A stretch of DNA of 64,000 nucleotides from Candidatus Bathyarchaeota archaeon (GCA_963807605.1 CAWECG010000004.1:608001-672000), one strand, 5' to 3'; counted from the first letter of the stretch, positions 10,647-21,732 are shown. Notes: generated from the letters alone by a model not told the origin. Translations and numbers: made by a program.

Positions 10647-10886
10647 GCTGAAATACACCCAAATACATAATTATACATACTTGTTTATGACTGTTACATT
10701 ACCCTCTGGGTTAGAGAGGCGTTCAAGGTCGTGTAGACTTGTCGAAGGCGGAAAGCGTTGGGCTTAACATACTACTCATAACCTCCAGACAAGATCTTGG
10801 ACATCCAGAGTCCAAGAGAATACAAACTACTATCCATCAAGCAGATGATAGATATTGACTCGGCCTTAAGGCATTTAGGTAGGAAA

Positions 10887-12272
10887 TTGACACTCCACTG
10901 TCTAAAGATAGGGGATTCTAGCTTCTATCATGTTCATCGGTTGATGGGTCATAGCGTTGTTGCGCTCCCACCTCATTCCATCCCACTTTAGAAGGTTAGG
11001 GCGTGTCATCACCCTGTTAATGACTCCCGCAGGGAGCTTAACACCCTGAGTGAGTCCTATATTTACAACACCAATAGCATCCCTATGAGCCTCCAATCCA
11101 CAGTTAAGGCATTTGAAGAGTCTACCTTTTCTCTCAATACTTTCTGACCCACATCTCACGCATCTGCTTGAAGTCTTGTATTCACTGACTTCTTTGACCC
11201 GTATCCCATACTCCTGCGCTGTATGTTCCAGTCTTTGAATAATATAGTTGAAACTCCAGAAGTTGTGGATCATTGAATTGCTCTTCTTGCCTTTGCTATT
11301 GTCATCTCTGATGCCTGTTAGGTCTCCTATCACAATCTTTGAAACACCGAGATCATATCAGATCTCTTACCATGACCCTTATCATGGTGTTGATGGCCTG
11401 CCTGAATCTCCGTTGCCTTATACTGTAGAGTTTGCTGAGTCGCTTCGAACTCTTCTTGCCGTTGACTGCTTCAAGCATGCTCTGGCAATCCGCTATTCTC
11501 CTATTCCAGTACCACCAATCTGCTAGGAGGTTTCTTCCATTGTATGCTATTGGTTGCCTCCATCCTTCAAGCCAGATGGTGAACAGGTTGATTACGCCGG
11601 GGTCGATGTAGCATGTCTTGGAGCCTTTCGGCTTAAACAATGGCTTTACCTTTACAGCCTGAAAGACACGCCACTTCCCATCAACCTCATCATAGATGAC
11701 CTCGGCCTTTCCCTGCTTGCCACCCCATCTTGTCTTGCCTCGGATGGGTATCTTCAACTTCTTTGGTAGCTTCATCACTTCATCCTTCAGGCTGTAGATG
11801 TCGTTTCTCAGAACCATCATCAGCCTGTAGTTTCCATGTCGCTTCCAGTATCCAGGCATACACACCTTCTCCATGTTTGGCGGAAGTTTGCCTTCTCGCT
11901 CCAGCTGCTTTAATGCAAAGAAGCCCCTCCATGACTCGTTGCTCTTCCTGATGATCTGTTGAGATGTCGCCGAATCGATTAGTGGTGTGTACTTTCGATA
12001 GAGGTCTTTGCATCTCCAATCTAGGGGTTGATAGTTCATGTATGCCTGTCTTTTGCGGTAGGTTGCCTCATTCCAAAGTTTGGCACAGTTGGTAGCTTTA
12101 TCCCTCAGCATCCTCTCTTGCTCCACCGTTGGATCAAGGATGAAGGTGTTAGTTCTCCGCATGAAACTACCAGCATTATCATTGAAACACCAAGACATTT
12201 AAGCCCCAAACGTCTCACTCTTGTCGCAATTCATCCCACCCCTGAAGGAGTGGGCTTTCTTGCTAGTTCAAT
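10887..12272 (-). mobile_element. IS200/IS605-type tnpB-only element, family 1 copy 1
   Basis: TTAC target, AAAG + LE hairpin; GAAT + RE hairpin + TCAA. Confidence 0.9.
10902..12162 (-). pseudogene. tnpB: tnpB family 1, +1 frameshift near 11359
   Basis: Split into two ORFs; extra C relative to copy 4. Confidence 0.85.
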
Positions 12273-12304
12273 GTAAGATAGTCCGACATGTAGGCTGACT
12301 GGCT

Positions 12305-12583
12305 ATGTCGGAACCCGAGATAACCACTGTAAGCAAGAAAGGGCAGGTCGTAATACCGAGGGGGATAAGGGAGAAGATGAAGCTGGTGCCGAAGACAAGA
12401 CTTCTTGTATACGATTACGATGACACCTTGATTCTCAAGAAACTCATCATTCCGGACGTCGAGATCGAGATGAAGGCCTTGTGGAAAGAGATCGATAAGA
12501 GAATAGACAAGAAGCACAGACCCACCCAGAGAGAGGTAGATGAGGAGATACACGCCTACAGGAAAGAGAAGAAAGCTGAGTGA
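12305..12583 (+). CDS. AbrB/MazE-type antitoxin
   Basis: TTVSKKGQVVIPRGIREKM. Confidence 0.9.
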   Translation: MSEPEITTVSKKGQVVIPRGIREKMKLVPKTRLLVYDYDDTLILKKLIIPDVEIEMKALWKEIDKRIDKKHRPTQREVDEEIHAYRKEKKAE

Positions 12584-13020
12584 GCATGCTCAGAGCGGTG
12601 CTGGACACAAATGTCTTAGTGTCGAGTCTATTAGCCCTCGGAAAGCCGAGAGAGCTCCTGACGAGAATTCTTAGGAGAGAAATGGCTCTCGTGATCTCGA
12701 AAGAGATCCTGAACGAGTTCATGAGAGTTATGAGAAGAAAGAGATTCTCAGAGTATGCTACAGAAGAGCAGGTTAGGAGATTTGTTGAAAACGTCAAGAA
12801 ATCCGCTGAGCTTGTGATGTTGAAAAACGATCTTAAAGTGATCGATGAAGATCCGAAAGACGATATCGTCATAAACACGGCATTAGATGGAAGTGCTGAC
12901 CTCATAATCTCAGAAGATCATCATCTGCTCAGTCTCAGAGAATTCAAAGATATCAAGATCGTATCCGTAGACGAAGCTTTACGCATACTCAAGAAGGGCA
13001 GCCGAGCATGCAAGCCTTAG
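12580..13020 (+). CDS. vapC: PIN-domain toxin
   Basis: AVLDTNVLVS, DPKDD, IISEDHHLL; overlaps the antitoxin. Confidence 0.9.
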   Translation: MSMLRAVLDTNVLVSSLLALGKPRELLTRILRREMALVISKEILNEFMRVMRRKRFSEYATEEQVRRFVENVKKSAELVMLKNDLKVIDEDPKDDIVINTALDGSADLIISEDHHLLSLREFKDIKIVSVDEALRILKKGSRACKP

Positions 13021-13032
13021 TTCCACATTTAC

Positions 13033-14399
13033 ATTGAACTAGCAAGAAAGCCCACTCCTTCAGGGGTGGGATGAATTGCGACCAGAGTGAGACGTTTGGG
13101 GCTTAAATGTCTGGTGTTTCAATGATAATGCTGGTAGTTTCATGCGGAGAACTAACACCTTCATCCTTGCCCCAACAATGGAGCAAGAAAGAACACAGGG
13201 ATAGAGCTACCAACTGTGCTAAACTTTGGAACGAGGCAACCTACCGTAGAAGACAGGCATACATGAACTATCAACCGATAGATTGGGAGTGCAAAGACCT
13301 CTATGAAAAGTATACACCGCTAATCGATTCAGCGACATCTCAACAGATCATCAGAAAGAGCAACGAATCATGGAGGAGCTTCTTTGCCCTAAAGAAGATG
13401 GAGCGAGAAGGCAGACTGCCACTAAATATTGAGAAAGTATGTACGCCAGGGTTCTGGAAAAAAGATGGAAAATACAGGCTGATGATGGTTCTGAGAAACG
13501 ACATCTACAGCCTGAAGAATGGAACGATGAAGATATCCATCCGAGGCAAACCCAGATGGGGTGGCAAGCAGGGAAAAGCCGAGGTCATCTATGATGAGGC
13601 TGATGGGAAGTGGCGTGTCTTTCAGGCAGTAAAGGTAAAGCCATTGTTTAAGCCGAAAGGCTCCAAGACATGCTACATCGACCCCGGCGTAATCAACCTG
13701 TTCACCATCTGGCTTGAAGGATGGAGGCAACCAATAGCATGCAATGGAAGAAATCTACTCTCTGATTGGCGGTACTGGAATGAAAGAATAGCAAGTTGCC
13801 AGAGCACTCTTGAAACAATCAATGGTAAGAAAAACTCAAAGCAGCTAAGCAGATTCTACAGGATGAGACAACGGAGATTCCGACAGGCCATCAACACTAT
13901 GATAAGAAGCGTGGCCAGAGACCTCTATGATCTCGGTGTTTCAAAGATTATGATAGGAGATCTAACGGGCATAAGAGAGAACAATGGAGAGAATAGTCAC
14001 AAGGTCAACTCAATGATTCATAACTTTTGGAGCTTCAACTACATTATTCAAAGACTAAAGTGTACAGCGCAGGAATATGGCATAAGAGTGAAAGAAGTCA
14101 GCGAATACAAAACTTCAAGCAGATGCATAAGATGCAGCTCAGAAAACATTGAGAGAAAAGGCAGACTCTTCAAGTGTCTAGAATGTGGATTGGAGGCTCA
14201 TAGGGATGCTATTGGTGTTGTAAATATAGGACTCACTCAGGGGGTTAAGCTCCCTGCGGGAGTGATTAACAGGGCGATGACACGCCCTAACCTTCTAAAG
14301 TGGGATGGAATGAGGTGGGAGCGCAACAACGCTATGACCCATCAACCGATGAACATGATAGAAGCTAGAATCCCCTGTCTTTAGGCAGGGGAGTGTCAA
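13033..14399 (+). mobile_element. tnpB-only element, family 1 copy 2
   Basis: TTAC at 13029-13032, AAAG-CCCACTCC TTCA GGGGTGGG hairpin; RE ends TCAA at 14396-14399. Confidence 0.9.
13142..14384 (+). pseudogene. tnpB: tnpB family 1; frameshift about 18 codons after the native ATG plus a small in-frame deletion
   Basis: The native MRRTN frame hits a stop near 13202; the N-terminus in the ORF track is an alternative frame. Confidence 0.75.
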
Positions 14400-14805
14400 A
14401 GGTTTTACTCTTCAAGGATCAGATGCAGATCCTGTTCGCGACGTCAGCCGATTCATGAAGAAACCTCATACCGAACGTATCACATCTAATTCATCAAACT
14501 CCCAATATTCACCCCTGCGATCTCCAATGCGGCCTTAGCATCTTGTAGGTGTCATAGAAAGAGGAGCTTCTTTCCATACTCATTCATCGGTGGCTATTGG
14601 ACTTTGATCACAAGTACTGTAGATGGACACCTCCTGTAGACTACCTCACAGACCTCAAACCGACCAACTATTTTTCAATCAGGTCTACAGTACTGAGATC
14701 TTCGAACGTCCAATCGACCTATGGTGGAATTTAATAGGGGCATGGTTTCGATCTTTTGGAGGCTTTTGTCTTTCAAGCATGCACTTCAAGGGGATCTTGA
14801 CTTCA

Positions 14806-15579
14806 ATGGATGAATCATACGCACTTGAGGCTGAGTCGGTCTCGAAGTCCTTCGGCACCGTGAAGGCTGTTGACAGCGTAGATCTACATATCCGTAGAGG
14901 CGAAGTCTATGGGCTGCTTGGGCCGAATGGCTCTGGTAAATCCACCTTGATGAAGATGAGTCTAGGACTGTTGAAACCTGATGCCGGCTCAGTTAAGGTT
15001 TATGGAATCGATGTTCAGGAGGATCCTCTGCGGGCTAAACAAATCACTGGTTACGTGCCCGAATCTCCTCGCCTTTACGACTTCCTGACAGCCCTTGAAT
15101 ATCTAGACTTTGTCGCAGACATTCGCCAGATGAACTCTCAAGTCAAAGTAGAGCGGGTGAACGAGTTTCTCAGGGCGTTCGAACTTGAAGGACGGGAGAA
15201 TGAGATGCTCAGCGGTTACTCGCAGGGGATGAGGCAAAAGGTAGTGATAACCGCCGCGTTACTTCACAGACCCAAACTGTTGATCTTGGATGAACCACTG
15301 AACGGACTGGACCCGAGATCTGCTCGAATAGTCAAGGATCTGATCTATAAACTTGCGAAGGAAGGAGTCACAGCAGTATTCAGCACCCACATCTTAGAGA
15401 TAGCTGAGGCCGTATGCGACCGCATAGCGATAATGTTCAGGGGAAAGGTGCTCGCTGAAGGCACGCCGACTGAGCTTCGCAAGCAGGCGGGTATGCCGGG
15501 CTCAACCTTGGAGGAACTCTTCCTGAAACTAACAGGGACAGGAGACGTAAGAGAGATAGTTGAGGCTTTGCTGAAGTGA
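14806..15579 (+). CDS. ABC transporter ATP-binding protein
   Basis: GPNGSGKS, YSQGMRQK, LILDEP. Confidence 0.95.
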   Translation: MDESYALEAESVSKSFGTVKAVDSVDLHIRRGEVYGLLGPNGSGKSTLMKMSLGLLKPDAGSVKVYGIDVQEDPLRAKQITGYVPESPRLYDFLTALEYLDFVADIRQMNSQVKVERVNEFLRAFELEGRENEMLSGYSQGMRQKVVITAALLHRPKLLILDEPLNGLDPRSARIVKDLIYKLAKEGVTAVFSTHILEIAEAVCDRIAIMFRGKVLAEGTPTELRKQAGMPGSTLEELFLKLTGTGDVREIVEALLK

Positions 15580-17207
15580 ACCTCAAGACAGTCCACAGTC
15601 TGGCACTGGTGTTAATTGTTTCTCAGTTGCGGGCGACTCGCCGAACGAGTAACAGATTAGGCGCTCTCAGAAGGCCATCCGCAGTACTCCTCATAGATGG
15701 CCTAGCCTTCCTAGGCGCTTATATGCTGACTCAAAGGCTCACTCCGATAGTCACTAACGGTTCGCACTTGGCTGTCCAGGTCAACGTCGACCTACCCATG
15801 TTCCTGATTTTTGTGGTGATGCTGTCGGGATTGTTGTGGGAGATCAGCTACTCATTCGCTTTTACATCGACCGACATGGTCAACTATCTGCCCATCTCTG
15901 CAGCAGAGTACGTCTTAGCATCTTCAGTCTCTACTGTCTTCTCATACTCTATCTTTCTGGCTGGCGGTTTGGGAGTCGCGCTCTCTCTTGCGCAGCAGTT
16001 CGGTCTCCTCCGCTTATGGTTTGTGACAGCTGCAATGAGCTTAGTCGCGGTATTCATAGGCGCCTTTGGCGTTGAGATGATGAGGTCGTTTACGAATAGG
16101 GCCTCTTCTTTATTCTACAGACGCAGCGGGAGACCAGTTTTGATATTGAGAACAATAGTTCTCATAGCGGCTATAGTATCCTTTCAGCTGGCCTTCAATC
16201 CGAGATTCGTAATCATTATTCTCGGAGGCGTGACAGCGGGGGCGCAGGCAGCCTGGTATTTCCCCCTGGTGTGGCCGTCACTGACCGTAGTTCAACTTCT
16301 CGGAGCAAAATGGGTCTCCTCTTCTCTTTACGCTGTACTCAGTTTGGCCCTCACATCCAGCTTCTACTTGGCCGCCACCAAGCTGCGACAGATTTACTGG
16401 ATGACAACCCCAGTATCGGTCAGACTCCCTGCAGGCGCATATACTTCCAAAACTGGACTTCTGAGGAGACTCGGTTTGGATGATGCTGAGAGTGCGATTG
16501 TCAGGAAGGATTTCAGATCACTCACCCGTCGCAGAGAGATGGCCAGATTCCTAGCCCTTCCAGTTCTAATAGTCATCTCAATGCTGATTCCCTCATTAAT
16601 GTCAACCGAAGAGCAGCCACCCCTATTCTCAAACGTCATCTCCTGGGCCTTCCCGCTAATGCTCGGCATCATATCTTTCGCCCTGCTTAATTCGATGATA
16701 AGCATTGGACAAGAGGGACATTCGATCTGGAGCCTCTACGCGGCCCCGATATCCCCTAGAGAGTTAGTCCGGGCCAAAGTAGGCGCAAATTTAATCCTGA
16801 CCTTACCTGTAGCCGGAGCGTTCTGGCTTGGCGTAACCCTACTTGGACATCAAAGCCTCAAAACATCCACAGCTTTCCTTCTAATCCTGATCGCAACCAG
16901 CCTCGTTGAATCCCTTGTGGGCGTCATGGTTGGTTTGAGGTTTCCAGACTTCAATGAGACCATAAGAAGCCGCTTCATCCGGATCCCTGGTATGCTACTT
17001 GGCATGTTGATTGGCGCAATCGCTGAAGGCATCCTACTCGTACCCTATGGGTTCTACCTCTTTCTCGAAGTAACATCAATGAACAGAGATGCTTACTTCA
17101 TTCTCGCCTCTCTAGTCACCGTCGGCCTCGCGACACTGACCTCAAATATTGCCTATCGATATTGCCTGTCCAGAGCCAAAAGACTCCTTCAAGAAATACC
17201 CGTTTAA
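15576..17207 (+). CDS. Large ABC exporter permease
   Basis: About 12 TM segments; coupled to the ATPase. Confidence 0.8.
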   Translation: MNLKTVHSLALVLIVSQLRATRRTSNRLGALRRPSAVLLIDGLAFLGAYMLTQRLTPIVTNGSHLAVQVNVDLPMFLIFVVMLSGLLWEISYSFAFTSTDMVNYLPISAAEYVLASSVSTVFSYSIFLAGGLGVALSLAQQFGLLRLWFVTAAMSLVAVFIGAFGVEMMRSFTNRASSLFYRRSGRPVLILRTIVLIAAIVSFQLAFNPRFVIIILGGVTAGAQAAWYFPLVWPSLTVVQLLGAKWVSSSLYAVLSLALTSSFYLAATKLRQIYWMTTPVSVRLPAGAYTSKTGLLRRLGLDDAESAIVRKDFRSLTRRREMARFLALPVLIVISMLIPSLMSTEEQPPLFSNVISWAFPLMLGIISFALLNSMISIGQEGHSIWSLYAAPISPRELVRAKVGANLILTLPVAGAFWLGVTLLGHQSLKTSTAFLLILIATSLVESLVGVMVGLRFPDFNETIRSRFIRIPGMLLGMLIGAIAEGILLVPYGFYLFLEVTSMNRDAYFILASLVTVGLATLTSNIAYRYCLSRAKRLLQEIPV

Positions 17208-17391
17208 TTGCAGAGTTATCCGAATAGTCATCGGGCTTGTTGACATGAAAAGGAAGATAGATACAATTGAGAGGAGAATACGGTGAGATCGTCAAAGAAC
17301 AGCCTGTATATTGCGAAGGCTTCAGCCTTTTTCGGCGCCTTCAAAAAGGAATGGAAGATAACTGGTTCAATGAGTCAACCCTTAACTGGAC

Positions 17392-17811
17392 TTGATGCGA
17401 ATGGCAATTGAGCCAAGCGCGATCCGTAACAAAATTGATAGCGACAGGTTTGCAAAATTCTTGGGGATTCAGCTGCTTGAGTTGAAGGAGGGGTATAGCA
17501 AGCTCTCTATGACTCTCACGGACAAGATGCTCAATTTTCATAATGTGGGGCACGGTGGTGCGATATTCGCCCTTGCGGACGCGGCATTCGCGGCTGCAGC
17601 CAACTCGCACGGCCAAAAGGCACTAGCTCTCTGCATGAACATCAACTACTGCTCGCCGGCGAAAGAGGGGATGAAGCTTATAGCAGAGGGCTTCGAGGAG
17701 AACCTCGGCAGAAGGACAGGCCTCTATCGAATGATTGTGAGAAGCGACGAGGGGCAACTAATTGCGACATCTTATGGCACTGTCTACCGTAAGCCAGAAG
17801 AATCTATCTAG
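17392..17811 (+). CDS. PaaI-type hotdog thioesterase
   Basis: NFHNVGHGGAIFALAD. Confidence 0.9.
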   Translation: MMRMAIEPSAIRNKIDSDRFAKFLGIQLLELKEGYSKLSMTLTDKMLNFHNVGHGGAIFALADAAFAAAANSHGQKALALCMNINYCSPAKEGMKLIAEGFEENLGRRTGLYRMIVRSDEGQLIATSYGTVYRKPEESI

Positions 17812-17867
17812 GCAACTCAAGAAGGCAACAGCGCTGGTGAAGAGATCTTTGGCACAATCGCTTAGGT

Positions 17868-19082
17868 CTACTTACCCGGGAGACTCTCACGGGATTTGCT
17901 AATGAATGCGACAAGAGCTATAATGCCTGCGGTGGCCGTTACAACGCTGAACTGAAAAGCCGCAGCCGGACTGATATTGCTCCATAGTGCCCCGAATGAT
18001 GCATTCGCGACGAAGGCCCCTATGCCGATAATGGTATAGTAGATGGCGTAGGCGGTCCCCTTCAGGTCCGGCTTTGTGAAGTCGGGGATTATGGCACGCT
18101 GAACAGTGTCTGAGATCGCGAGGTAGCTCCCGAAGAGGAAGGCTATTACAAATCCATATAGAGGATTTCCCATAACGAAGAAGCCTAGTGCCGACGTGAA
18201 AAGGAAGACCACGTACCCGAGGCCGAGCACGGGGATCTTTCCTACCCTGTCAGCCAATATTCCTGCCGGTACCCCAAGGATAACGGTGGCAACATTGAGG
18301 ACGGCATAGACGAGCGGGATATAGTTCATCTCAATCCCTAAAGATCCGGCCTTCAAAAGAATGAATGAGAAGTCGTATGCACCTACAGAGAATACTCCTA
18401 GAGTCAGAAGCAACAAGACAAATCGCCGGTCCAGTACTTCTCTTGCATTCTTGAAGATGCTTCTCTGTCTTACCGGCCCACGATAATCACGCACGAAGAA
18501 GACGAGTATCAACAGAGCTATTGCGGCAGGGATGAAAGAGAGCCAGAAGACTCCGCGTATGCCGATGAATGGGATAACGGCGAATGCTACGATCGGGCCG
18601 AGGACGGCACCTACTTGGTCAAGTGACGCTTGGAGACCGAATGCTCTTCCAGATTTTGACTTGGCCACTGAGTCGCTTATCAGGGCGTCCCTGGGCGAAG
18701 TTCTGATGCCCTTTCCAGCTCTGTCTGATACTCTTACCAGCAAGGCTTGGCTCCAGGAGCTGGTTACTGCAAAGATGGGTTTGCTGATTGAGGACAATCC
18801 GTATCCGAGGAGAACAAGAGGCTTCCGTCTAGCGATCTTGTCTGTCAGCAGGCCTGAGAAGACTCTGAACAAGTAGTTAGCGGCTTCAGCAACACCCTCG
18901 ATGAGTCCTAGGACTGCGGCTGAACCACCTAGGTCTTTTACGATGAAGAAAGGTAGAACGCCCAGAATCATCTCCGTTGACACGTCTGTGGAAAGGCTGA
19001 CATATCCGAGTCTAACCACGTTCCGAAAGCCAAGCTCGCCCTCATGCTCGTCACTTGACTTGGACATGCTCACATCATCCAA
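17868..19082 (-). CDS. MFS transporter
   Basis: GLLTDKIARRK and GILADRVGK motifs, 12 TM. Confidence 0.9.
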   Translation of the reverse strand: MDDVSMSKSSDEHEGELGFRNVVRLGYVSLSTDVSTEMILGVLPFFIVKDLGGSAAVLGLIEGVAEAANYLFRVFSGLLTDKIARRKPLVLLGYGLSSISKPIFAVTSSWSQALLVRVSDRAGKGIRTSPRDALISDSVAKSKSGRAFGLQASLDQVGAVLGPIVAFAVIPFIGIRGVFWLSFIPAAIALLILVFFVRDYRGPVRQRSIFKNAREVLDRRFVLLLLTLGVFSVGAYDFSFILLKAGSLGIEMNYIPLVYAVLNVATVILGVPAGILADRVGKIPVLGLGYVVFLFTSALGFFVMGNPLYGFVIAFLFGSYLAISDTVQRAIIPDFTKPDLKGTAYAIYYTIIGIGAFVANASFGALWSNISPAAAFQFSVVTATAGIIALVAFISKSRESLPGK

Positions 19083-19265
19083 TCATGTTCAGGCATTATT
19101 CCCTAATTAGACTTCATCAGATTATCGAAATGTGATTTGGTGTTTCTGAGTCTTAAGAGCTGGACCTGCGATTGCTTGTTCTGATTGGCGGAGTAAGCTA
19201 TAACAGTTCGCTCTCGAATTAGTCTTAAGTCTCACGCTGTGAAGATACATAATACGGGTTAGATA

Positions 19266-20144
19266 TTGTCCCTTTCAAAAAGGTCGTATCTGTTTGCAAT
19301 ATTGGTGATATTTGCTTCATCTTACTCTCAGTACTGGGTCAGGGGTCTGGGTGCGATCTCGAGCTTCTTCGTTGTTTACGGGATCCCACTGATTATCACC
19401 GGCATTATCTTTGGTTCTGAAATTAATCAAAGAGCCTTCAAGAACACGTACAGGGCTTTGAAGTTTGGACTGGCCTCCTTTGGAGGCTTTACAATTCTGG
19501 GCACTCTTGCATCCGTTGCTATCTTCTATATGTTATTGATTCTTGATCCTTCATCTGTGAATCTCTTGAATCGACCTAACCCGGTGCTTAATATACCGCC
19601 TGGGCTTGCCTGGGTAATGATAGGGGTCTCATTCATTATTGTTGGACCGGCTGAGGAGTATATCTTCAGGGGTTTCGTTTACGGCGGCATGCTCAACCTT
19701 TTCAAGGAACGGCATTGGCTAAGCCTCGCCTTTGCATCATCAATAATATTTGCAATTGTGCATCTGTATTATGCATTAGTGTATAGTATTGCTTCGCTAG
19801 TCCAATTTGCTGACCTTGTAACCTTCGGCATGGCGATGGCGATCACATACTACCTCTCAGACGGAAATCTTGTCGTCCCCGCACTGATCCACGGAGCATA
19901 CGACGCCACAGGATTCCTCGGTGTAGCAGTATCATCAGACCTAGGACTCTTCTTCAGAGGAATGTTGGTTTTGACTGGAATAATCGTCGGCTTGGGCCTC
20001 TTCTTCCAGAATATCCTCAGAAGGAGAGAACAAACCCGAGACATTTCAACCTATACAGGCATGATCTCATCACACTACCAAGTCAGCTACCCACGTCTAA
20101 AGGCGTGGGCTTGGAATGGTGATACCAACGCAAGAGTTGACTAG
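19266..20144 (+). CDS. CPBP (CAAX/Abi) intramembrane metalloprotease; native C-terminus replaced by IsrB element sequence
   Basis: EEYIFRG, FAIVH, HGAYD. Removing the element restores ...HYQMKN-stop. Confidence 0.9.
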   Translation: MSLSKRSYLFAILVIFASSYSQYWVRGLGAISSFFVVYGIPLIITGIIFGSEINQRAFKNTYRALKFGLASFGGFTILGTLASVAIFYMLLILDPSSVNLLNRPNPVLNIPPGLAWVMIGVSFIIVGPAEEYIFRGFVYGGMLNLFKERHWLSLAFASSIIFAIVHLYYALVYSIASLVQFADLVTFGMAMAITYYLSDGNLVVPALIHGAYDATGFLGVAVSSDLGLFFRGMLVLTGIIVGLGLFFQNILRRREQTRDISTYTGMISSHYQVSYPRLKAWAWNGDTNARVD

Positions 20145-20310
20145 CCTAAGTCCAACTGGGACTACGCCTTCGGAGCTAAAAGCACGTACAGACGCCGCCC
20201 TAATCTGTACCTCTGCGGCAGAACCACTGAATGCCACAACCAGTAGCAATACTGGTTTAAGCTCTGTTGGCTTTGGCGAAGGGAAACTCGACTCTTGGCG
20301 GAGAGGGGCC
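20082..20310 (+). ncRNA. HEARO-like omegaRNA scaffold of IsrB; guide is the 5' flank at about 20062-20081
   Basis: GTCA..CCCACG hairpin, GTTGACTAGCCT, CTACG, GTACAG..CTGTAC stem and GGCGAAGGG motifs upstream of the PLMP-type ORF. Confidence 0.75.
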
Positions 20311-21368
20311 GCAATCGGTAACATCCCCGTCACCTCCTCTGACGGAACACTTCTAATGCCATGCAAACCAACAAAAGCAAGAAAGCTGCTCAGAGATGGC
20401 AAAGCAACAAAGAAGTGGAGCAAACTCGGAATCTTCTACATAAAACTAAACTTCACACCAAAACAACCAGCCACACAACCACTCGTCGTCGGCATCGACC
20501 CAGGATCCAAGTTTGAAGGCATCTCAATCGTAGGAACTGAAGATACAGTGCTTAACGTCATGTCAGAAGCCACAACATGGGTTAAGAAAGCAGTTGAAAC
20601 AAGAAGAGAAATGCGACGAGCTAGAAGACACCGAAACACTAGATGTCGTCCTTGCAGATTCAGTAATAGGCCAACACGAAGAAACAGATTACCACCATCA
20701 ACAAAAGCCAGATGGGACACAAAACTCAGAATAATTCAGCAACTCCAGCAAACCTTACCACTATCCGTAGCCATAGTTGAAGATATTAAAGCCAAGACAA
20801 GGAAGGGTCAACGGAAATGGAACAGCAACTTCAGTCCCATAGAGGCAGGCAAACAATACTTCTACACTGAACTCAGAAAGACTGGACTAAAAGTAGAAAC
20901 AAGACAAGGCTCAGAGACGCAGCAACTCAGACAGGCATATGGTTTAAAGAAGCTGCGTAACAAATCAAAACCTGTATTTGAAACTCATTGTATTGACGCA
21001 TGGACGCTAGCCGCCTCAATCACTGGAGCTAAGCAGCCAACAACCAGAAGCCTACACTACCTAATTCCTATTCGTTTTCATCGAAGGCAACTGCACAGAT
21101 TTGAAGCGGAAAAAGGAGGAGCTAGGAAAAGGTATGGTGGCACCAACTCGCTTGGAATCAAGAAGGGCACACTCGTCGAGCACGCTAAATACGGTTTCTG
21201 TTATGTTGGAGGCAACTTGAAAGACCGCTTCAGCCTACACGACTTAACAACAGGAAAAAGACTAATACAAAACGCTAATAGAACAGATTTCAAAATGCTA
21301 ACAAGAATATCCTTCAGACACCAATTCCTCCCACCCATAAATGGCGTGGGTTTCCTTGGTGATTTTTG
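20082..21368 (+). mobile_element. IS200/IS605-type IsrB element
   Basis: Starts GTCAG + hairpin; the far end has a hairpin followed by ATGA. Confidence 0.85.
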
Positions 21369-21369
21369 A
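20314..21369 (+). CDS. isrB: IsrB (IscB homolog without HNH; RNA-guided nickase family)
   Basis: IPV..LLMPC (PLMP), VGIDPG, RREMRRARR bridge helix, IVED, HCID; no HNH insertion; start codon uncertain. Confidence 0.85.
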   Translation: MGNIPVTSSDGTLLMPCKPTKARKLLRDGKATKKWSKLGIFYIKLNFTPKQPATQPLVVGIDPGSKFEGISIVGTEDTVLNVMSEATTWVKKAVETRREMRRARRHRNTRCRPCRFSNRPTRRNRLPPSTKARWDTKLRIIQQLQQTLPLSVAIVEDIKAKTRKGQRKWNSNFSPIEAGKQYFYTELRKTGLKVETRQGSETQQLRQAYGLKKLRNKSKPVFETHCIDAWTLAASITGAKQPTTRSLHYLIPIRFHRRQLHRFEAEKGGARKRYGGTNSLGIKKGTLVEHAKYGFCYVGGNLKDRFSLHDLTTGKRLIQNANRTDFKMLTRISFRHQFLPPINGVGFLGDF

Positions 21370-21482
21370 TGAAGAATTAGATATTTTGAGAGTAACGAAT
21401 AGATCAAAGGCAGACGAGCCCTAGGCAAAACTCAGGGGGTGATGTCAGAAGGGTTCGACTGAGATCTCTTGGAGTTCTGATT

Positions 21483-21710
21483 ATGCTTCTTGGAATTGCA
21501 GCGTACTTAAACGGCTTGTTATTTACGCCCTTTCCACCCTTTCTCTTCTACGAGGATACGACTACTGTTCAGCGGCCATTCAATCGATATTGGCCTCATT
21601 CAGCACCTGAGATGAATCTATTAGCGACAATTGGTTTTGACGTCGCTATTCTAGGAGCAATCCCCGCGATAATCGGAGTTTTAAAACCCAGGTTCTGGAA
21701 GAAAATGTGA
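21483..21710 (+). CDS. Small membrane protein
   Basis: Two hydrophobic segments and a basic tail. Confidence 0.4.
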   Translation: MLLGIAAYLNGLLFTPFPPFLFYEDTTTVQRPFNRYWPHSAPEMNLLATIGFDVAILGAIPAIIGVLKPRFWKKM

Positions 21711-21732
21711 TTAAGATCATGAAGGACGCGAG

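Larger units (their letters stand above)
8782..10703 (-). mobile_element. IS607-family element (serine tnpA + tnpB); ends approximate
   Basis: Overlapping tnpA-tnpB, candidate GG dinucleotides at both boundaries, short TATGTAT-like repeats in the left end. Confidence 0.8.

Noticed and set aside
13107-13200. Novel N-terminus of copy 2 TnpB
   Set aside because: Alternative frame created by a frameshift
10887-14399. Composite transposon carrying the TA pair
   Set aside because: IS200/IS605 excision needs LE and RE on the same strand around the cargo; here two left ends face inward
20116-20313. N-terminal extension of IsrB in the ORF track
   Set aside because: It overlaps the omegaRNA and is not protein-like, so it is treated as non-coding
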